A DNA stretch of 64,000 nt from an uncultured Actinomycetes bacterium (lineage in GTDB: Bacteria > Actinomycetota > Acidimicrobiia > Acidimicrobiales > RAAP-2): contig CAIJYV010000030.1 of assembly GCA_903825035.1 (NCBI GenBank), positions 8,599 to 72,598 on the forward strand. Reading direction: 5' to 3'. The notes below the pieces were generated by a model. That model made no database searches and was not told the origin of the DNA. It worked only from the letters and a program-made list of their open reading frames with translations. A program made the position numbers and the translations under genes. The first letter of the stretch is position 1. Each line of letters starts with the position of its first letter. Shown one piece after another: positions 57,206-64,000 of the stretch.

Positions 57206-58128
57206 AGCACTTATTGACAATCGCGGAGCTCGACCAAGCTGATTTAGAGGATATTTACAGTCTGGCCGTAGCCCCAATTGACGATGAATTGCTACGCGGG
57301 CAGGGGGTAGCCCTGGTGTTTGAGCGACCCAGCTTGCGAACGCGCGCAAGCTCTTCCAGTGCAGTGCATGAGCTTGGCGGGTACGTGACCTTCTTTGGCG
57401 ACGAAGAGATTGGCCTCGACACTCGAGAATCCGCCGAGGACGTTGCTCGGACCTTAGAACAAATGTTCTCAATCGCAGCGATGCGATTAAAAAGCCACTC
57501 CTGCTTCGCGCGCATGGATGCGGCGACTGGCGGAAGAATGTCTCTCATTAATTTGCTCAGCGAAGTGTCGCACCCAACTCAAGCTATTGCCGATGTCTTG
57601 ACCATTGCGGAAAAGTTTTCCAAGGGAAATGTGAACGACCTGCGCGGCCTCGAAGTCGCCTACGTGGGAGATGCCACGAACGTCACGCGCTCACTAGCGG
57701 TTGCACTCCTTCGTTTGGGCGTAAACGTCAGAGTCGGGGCGCCGAACGGGTACCAACTCCAACCCGGGGGACTCGAGAATCCTGCAGCATTCAGTACCGG
57801 AGAATACGGCAAATTGACCCTCACCAGTTCAGCAACCGAAGCGGTGTCGGGGGCCAACGTCGTTTATACCGATGCGTGGATTTCGATGGGCGCCGAGGCG
57901 CAAGCCAAGGAGCGTCGTAAGAAATTGAAGTCATTTCGCGTTACGGAGGAATTGATGAGCCAGGCCGATAAGCATGCGATATTCATGCATTGCTTGCCCG
58001 CCCACCGTGGAGACGAAGTTGTCGATGAGGTGCTGGATGCTGAGTATTCCAAAGTCTGGACTGAAGTTAAGCACCGGCGCAGCGCCATGATTGGCGCCCT
58101 GCGTTGGTTAAAAGGAGAAACACTATGA
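57202..58128 (+). CDS. argF: Ornithine carbamoyltransferase
   Basis: 308 aa. SLRTR, HPTQ, DAWISMG and HCLPAHRGDE motifs, i.e. the canonical OTC signature rather than the acetylornithine type. Confidence 0.9.
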   Translation: MKHLLTIAELDQADLEDIYSLAVAPIDDELLRGQGVALVFERPSLRTRASSSSAVHELGGYVTFFGDEEIGLDTRESAEDVARTLEQMFSIAAMRLKSHSCFARMDAATGGRMSLINLLSEVSHPTQAIADVLTIAEKFSKGNVNDLRGLEVAYVGDATNVTRSLAVALLRLGVNVRVGAPNGYQLQPGGLENPAAFSTGEYGKLTLTSSATEAVSGANVVYTDAWISMGAEAQAKERRKKLKSFRVTEELMSQADKHAIFMHCLPAHRGDEVVDEVLDAEYSKVWTEVKHRRSAMIGALRWLKGETL

Positions 58129-58610
58129 CCAAGACGCAGCGACAGGCCAAGATCACTGAGCTTTTAGACAAGTTGGTCATCTCTACGGCCGCCCAGCTGG
58201 TGACACTTCTCCAGGCAGAGGGTTGGGCCGTAACTCAAGCTACGGTGACGCGTGACCTGCAGGAATTGGGGTCAATCAAGATCCGGGACGAAAATGGTTC
58301 TCGACGAATTGTCCTAGCGGAAACGCCAAAGATCGCACCCGCTCCGGTCGACCACCTTCGCCGCATGATGGGTGAGTGGGTGATCTCCGTTGAATGTTCG
58401 GGGAACCTCGTGGTAGTTCGTACACCGCCAGGGTGCGCCCACGTGGTCGCCTCAGCACTAGACCGCAGTGCACTCGCCGGGGTGTTGGGCTCGATTGCCG
58501 GTGACGACACCGTGCTTGTTGTGGCTAACGAAAATACCGGTGGTCAAGGTTTAGCTGCACAACTTCGTACTTTGGCTGGACTTGATTCAGCTGACTTGAA
58601 AGGAAAATAG
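58125..58610 (+). CDS. argR: Arginine repressor
   Basis: MTKTQRQAKITELL..., winged-helix N-terminus (TQATVTRDLQELG), and a C-terminal GTIAGDDT-like motif (GSIAGDDTVLVV). ATGA overlap with argF. Confidence 0.88.
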   Translation: MTKTQRQAKITELLDKLVISTAAQLVTLLQAEGWAVTQATVTRDLQELGSIKIRDENGSRRIVLAETPKIAPAPVDHLRRMMGEWVISVECSGNLVVVRTPPGCAHVVASALDRSALAGVLGSIAGDDTVLVVANENTGGQGLAAQLRTLAGLDSADLKGK

Positions 58611-58612
58611 AA

Positions 58613-59836
58613 ATGACCAAGCGAGTTGTTCTTGCGTACAGTGGCGGACTGGATACTTCGGTGGCGGTTCGCTGGATGATTGAAGAATGGGGCGTCGAAG
58701 TTGTTTGCGTTCTCGTTAATGTCGGTCAGGATGCAGATTCGAGCGAATCATTCGAAGAGATTAAGACGCGTGCACTGGCTGCGGGGGCAATCGACTGTGT
58801 GGTAGTCGACGCTCGAGACGAGATGGCAGAAGAATTTTGCGGAGCGGCTATTGCCGCCAACGCCAAATATGAGGGTAAATATCCTCTCGTTTCAGCGCTC
58901 TCGCGTCCGGTAATTGTCCGACACCTAGTGGACCAGGCGCGCAAGTTCAACGCTCAAGCGGTCGCTCATGGTTGCACTGGTAAAGGGAATGACCAAGTTC
59001 GCTTCGAAGTCGGAACCCATGCGCTCGCCCCCGACCTCGAGGTACTTGCTCCGGCTCGAAATTGGGGAATGACCCGAGCAGACTCAATCGATTATGCCCA
59101 AAAGTGGAGTATTCCAATCAAAGCCACCAAGGAGAAGATTTATTCCATTGATGAGAATCTTTGGGGTCGAGCCATCGAATGTGGGGAGATCGAAGACCCC
59201 TGGGCCGCACCGCCAGAAGAACCGTACACCCTGACGCGAGTCACGAATCTCTCACCAGTAGAGCTCACGGTGAGTTTTGTCGCGGGTAAGCCGGTAGCCA
59301 TCGACGACCAAGCGATGAAGATGTCGGAGCTGATTGCAGCGCTCAATCTTCGCGCGGGGGCGACGGGGTTTGGCCGCTTGGACATGGTGGAAAACCGTCG
59401 AGTCGGCATTAAGTCGCGCGAGGTGTACGAAGCGCCTGCGGCGTTGGCGCTGATTGCTGCGCACGCTGACCTTGAAGACATGGTTCTCGAGCGCGACCTC
59501 CATCACGAGAAGTTCAAGTTAGAGGCCCGGTGGGCCGAGCTGGTCTATGACGGACTCTGGTTCTCGCCGCTCAAGGAGGCACTCGATGCGTTCATGAATG
59601 AAACTCAGACGCACGTAACGGGCGATGTACGTTTGCGCTTCGAGGCGCCAGGTCTGATGCGAATTGTTGGACGTCGTGCACCGCAGGCACTCTATGACCA
59701 TGGGCTCGCTACCTACGACGCTGCTGACACATTCCGTCACGCTGACTCCGAAGGGTATGTGCGCATCTACGGACTGGGCGTGCAAACCTGGGCTGCGCGT
59801 CAGGGCGCCAAGAACTCAACCCCACCGCGCTCATGA
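58613..59836 (+). CDS. argG: Argininosuccinate synthase
   Basis: 407 aa. AYSGGLDTS, HGCTGKGNDQVRFE. Confidence 0.95.
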   Translation: MTKRVVLAYSGGLDTSVAVRWMIEEWGVEVVCVLVNVGQDADSSESFEEIKTRALAAGAIDCVVVDARDEMAEEFCGAAIAANAKYEGKYPLVSALSRPVIVRHLVDQARKFNAQAVAHGCTGKGNDQVRFEVGTHALAPDLEVLAPARNWGMTRADSIDYAQKWSIPIKATKEKIYSIDENLWGRAIECGEIEDPWAAPPEEPYTLTRVTNLSPVELTVSFVAGKPVAIDDQAMKMSELIAALNLRAGATGFGRLDMVENRRVGIKSREVYEAPAALALIAAHADLEDMVLERDLHHEKFKLEARWAELVYDGLWFSPLKEALDAFMNETQTHVTGDVRLRFEAPGLMRIVGRRAPQALYDHGLATYDAADTFRHADSEGYVRIYGLGVQTWAARQGAKNSTPPRS

Positions 59837-61215
59837 CACTGTGGTCGGGTCGCTTTAGCGAATCAATGGACAACACCTTGTGGGAGTTGTCGGAGAGTTT
59901 CTCATTTGACCACGTGCTCTACGCCTACGACATTGCGGGATCCAAAGCCCACGCACGCGGACTCGCCAAGGCTGGACTGCTGAGCGATCTGGAACTGAGT
60001 GCCATCACTACTGGCCTAGACGAAGTGGCCAAAGAATTTGAGACGGGGGCCTTTGTTCGAGCCGAAGTTGACGAGGACATTCATATGGCTATCGAGCGCC
60101 GACTGACTGAATTGGTGGGCGAACCAGGGCAGAAATTGCACACCGCCAGAAGCCGCAATGACCAAGTGGCTACTACCTTGCGGCTCTATACCCGCGATGC
60201 CCTGACGCAGGTAGCCCAGGCTTCGCTCACTCTCGCTGAGGCCCTCGTAGCCAAGGGGAGCGAGTATTCCGAGGCAGTATTACCGGGTTACACCCACCTC
60301 CAGCGCGCCCAGCCAGTTTTACTGAGTCATCATCTGAATGCTCACGCCCTCGGACTCCTTCGTGATGTTGACCGCCTGATGGATGCACGCGAGCGAATGA
60401 ACGTGTCACCACTCGGCGCTGGCGCAATCGCAGGAACTTCGCTCTCGATTGATCCGAGCTTCACCGCGTCGCTACTGAACTTCGATGCGCCATTCATCAA
60501 CTCAATGGATGCGGTGAGTGATCGAGACTTTGTTGCTGAGGCCTTGTTCGCCTTTGCGCTACTTGGGATACATCTCTCACGCTTGGGAGAAGAGCTGGTG
60601 TTATGGACGACGCAAGAGTTTGATTTTGTAAAACTGAGTGACGCATTCACGACAGGTTCTTCGATGTTGCCGCACAAAAAAAATTCCGATGTCGCTGAAC
60701 TCGCACGCGGCAAGAGTGGTCGTCTCGTTGGAAATCTCACGAGCGTGTTGGTAATGCTCAAAGGTTTGCCCTTTACGTACAATCGTGATTTGCAAGAAGA
60801 CAAGGAACCGCTCTTTGATTCGGTACGCACATCGTTACTCGTGCTTCGTTCGTTAGCGGGAGCGGTTGAATCAGCGACTATGAATGTAGAGCGCATGAAA
60901 TCAGCATCATCAGATGAGCTGCTCGTCGCCATTGACATTGCCGAGGCCTTGGTGGGCGAGGGGATTGCCTTTCGCGTGGCCCACGAAATTGCCGGACGGG
61001 CAGTAGGTGAAGCGGTCGCCACGGGTATGCCACTCTCGCAGATCATCGCGAGCAGCCCCAAGTTAAGAAAATTTGCTCACCTCTTCGAAGCGGGGGCGGC
61101 CCTGGCTAATCGGACCTCTCCGGGGTCGGCTGGTCCAGAAACCTCTGTTTATCAGGGGAAACAACTGGCTGAAAGTATTGCGCAAGCTGCCGCCAGAGTG
61201 GCGCAGGGAAGATAA
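59833..61215 (+). CDS. argH: Argininosuccinate lyase
   Basis: 460 aa. LWSGRF..., GSSMLPHKKNSD fumarate-lyase signature. Confidence 0.95.
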   Translation: MTLWSGRFSESMDNTLWELSESFSFDHVLYAYDIAGSKAHARGLAKAGLLSDLELSAITTGLDEVAKEFETGAFVRAEVDEDIHMAIERRLTELVGEPGQKLHTARSRNDQVATTLRLYTRDALTQVAQASLTLAEALVAKGSEYSEAVLPGYTHLQRAQPVLLSHHLNAHALGLLRDVDRLMDARERMNVSPLGAGAIAGTSLSIDPSFTASLLNFDAPFINSMDAVSDRDFVAEALFAFALLGIHLSRLGEELVLWTTQEFDFVKLSDAFTTGSSMLPHKKNSDVAELARGKSGRLVGNLTSVLVMLKGLPFTYNRDLQEDKEPLFDSVRTSLLVLRSLAGAVESATMNVERMKSASSDELLVAIDIAEALVGEGIAFRVAHEIAGRAVGEAVATGMPLSQIIASSPKLRKFAHLFEAGAALANRTSPGSAGPETSVYQGKQLAESIAQAAARVAQGR

Positions 61216-61427
61216 GTAGAGTTTTGTCACCTAAATGACAGGTTGAGCCCACCGACCTGTTATAGTTGTCCTCCTGCCCCTACGGGCTGCAACTTCTCGA
61301 TTTGCATCGGGTGGATGTGGTTTGTTAGGGTAGAACTCCCTGCGAAAAGGCAACTGATCGCAGGAATCTTTGAAGAAATTCAAAGATGGTGTACTTCGCA
61401 CCTCCGGCCCTGGCCGCGTGTGATGTC

Positions 61428-61439
61428 GCTCCTTGAAAA
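61428..61439 (+). promoter_or_regulatory. Possible rRNA-leader boxA-like antitermination element (GCTCCTTGAAAA)
   Basis: 9 of 12 matches to the E. coli boxA GCTCTTTAACAA as I recall it. It lies about 185 nt upstream of the 16S start. Weak call. Confidence 0.25.
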
Positions 61440-61614
61440 CGGAAGAACGAGAGCTAAAAGCCAGTACGGACGTCGATGATTCGCTCTAATGAATCGCGAC
61501 GGACGTCAAAGTATTGTATTAAGCATCGAGCCACCCCGTGGTTCGGTGTAGTTGGTTGGGGGTTAGAGTCGCCCAACCGACTCTCTGATTTTTAAGAACT
61601 TCGGTTCGAGATTA

Positions 61615-64000
<2,386 letters not shown>

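Noticed and set aside
61243-61479. 78-aa ORF in the rRNA leader, and the ORFs inside 16S/23S (61733..62140, 61840..62049, 61991..62248, 62470..62673, 62552..62824, 62890..63156, 63535..63789).
   Set aside because: They fall within the rRNA operon transcript. rRNA identity is unambiguous, so these are chance ORFs.

Overview
This is a gene-dense, moderate-GC chromosomal core region. Gene content and order are typical of Actinomycetota (mihF, bpa, actinobacterial pyr and arg operon order). The 16S sequence looks Acidimicrobiia-like, but that placement is from memory and I could not run a search.

Almost everything here is housekeeping. In order:
- Edge of a sigma factor gene, an Rrf2 regulator, the proteasome activator Bpa, and dnaE.
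- Two unknown genes, a DUF255 thioredoxin-domain protein, a GNAT acetyltransferase, and an SRPBCC protein.
- Menaquinone cluster menE / menB-menA / menH / menD-ccdA.
- tyrS plus a lipoprotein, three small or unknown ORFs, and an NfuA-like Fe-S carrier.
- aroC-aroK-aroB-aroQ and efp-nusB.
- Cytochrome oxidase locus: a membrane domain fused to SCO1, ctaG, a cupredoxin-like protein, and ctaC-ctaD-ctaE.
- pyrR-pyrB-pyrC-carA-carB-pyrD-pyrF-mihF-gmk-rpoZ-coaBC-metK-priA-def-fmt-rpe.
- infC-rpmI-rplT-trmH-pheS-pheT plus a thioesterase, then an EamA transporter.
- argC-argB-argF-argR-argG-argH.
- An rRNA operon: complete 16S, a tRNA-free spacer, and the 5' end of 23S.

I found no CRISPR array, transposase or integrase, prophage, tRNA gene, or recognisable defence or toxin-antitoxin module. 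I did not find a convincing novel multi-gene system. The points most worth a second look are:
1. A near-identical 16-nt palindrome sits over the start region of both tyrS and aroC.
2. TANNNT hexamers lie 6-7 nt before the start codons of most operon-first genes, which suggests leaderless mRNAs. This includes two back-to-back -10 boxes in the 32-bp menE/menB spacer.
3. The arg cluster lacks argJ and argD.
4. The cytochrome oxidase locus has unusual accessory features: a SCO1 fusion, a CuA-like cupredoxin without the His ligand, and a two-helix N-terminal extension on CtaD.
5. The 16S has unusual bases at conserved positions: A532G in the 530 loop, and an A1409-U1491 pair.

Start codons that I moved away from the ORF track are noted in each feature's evidence.
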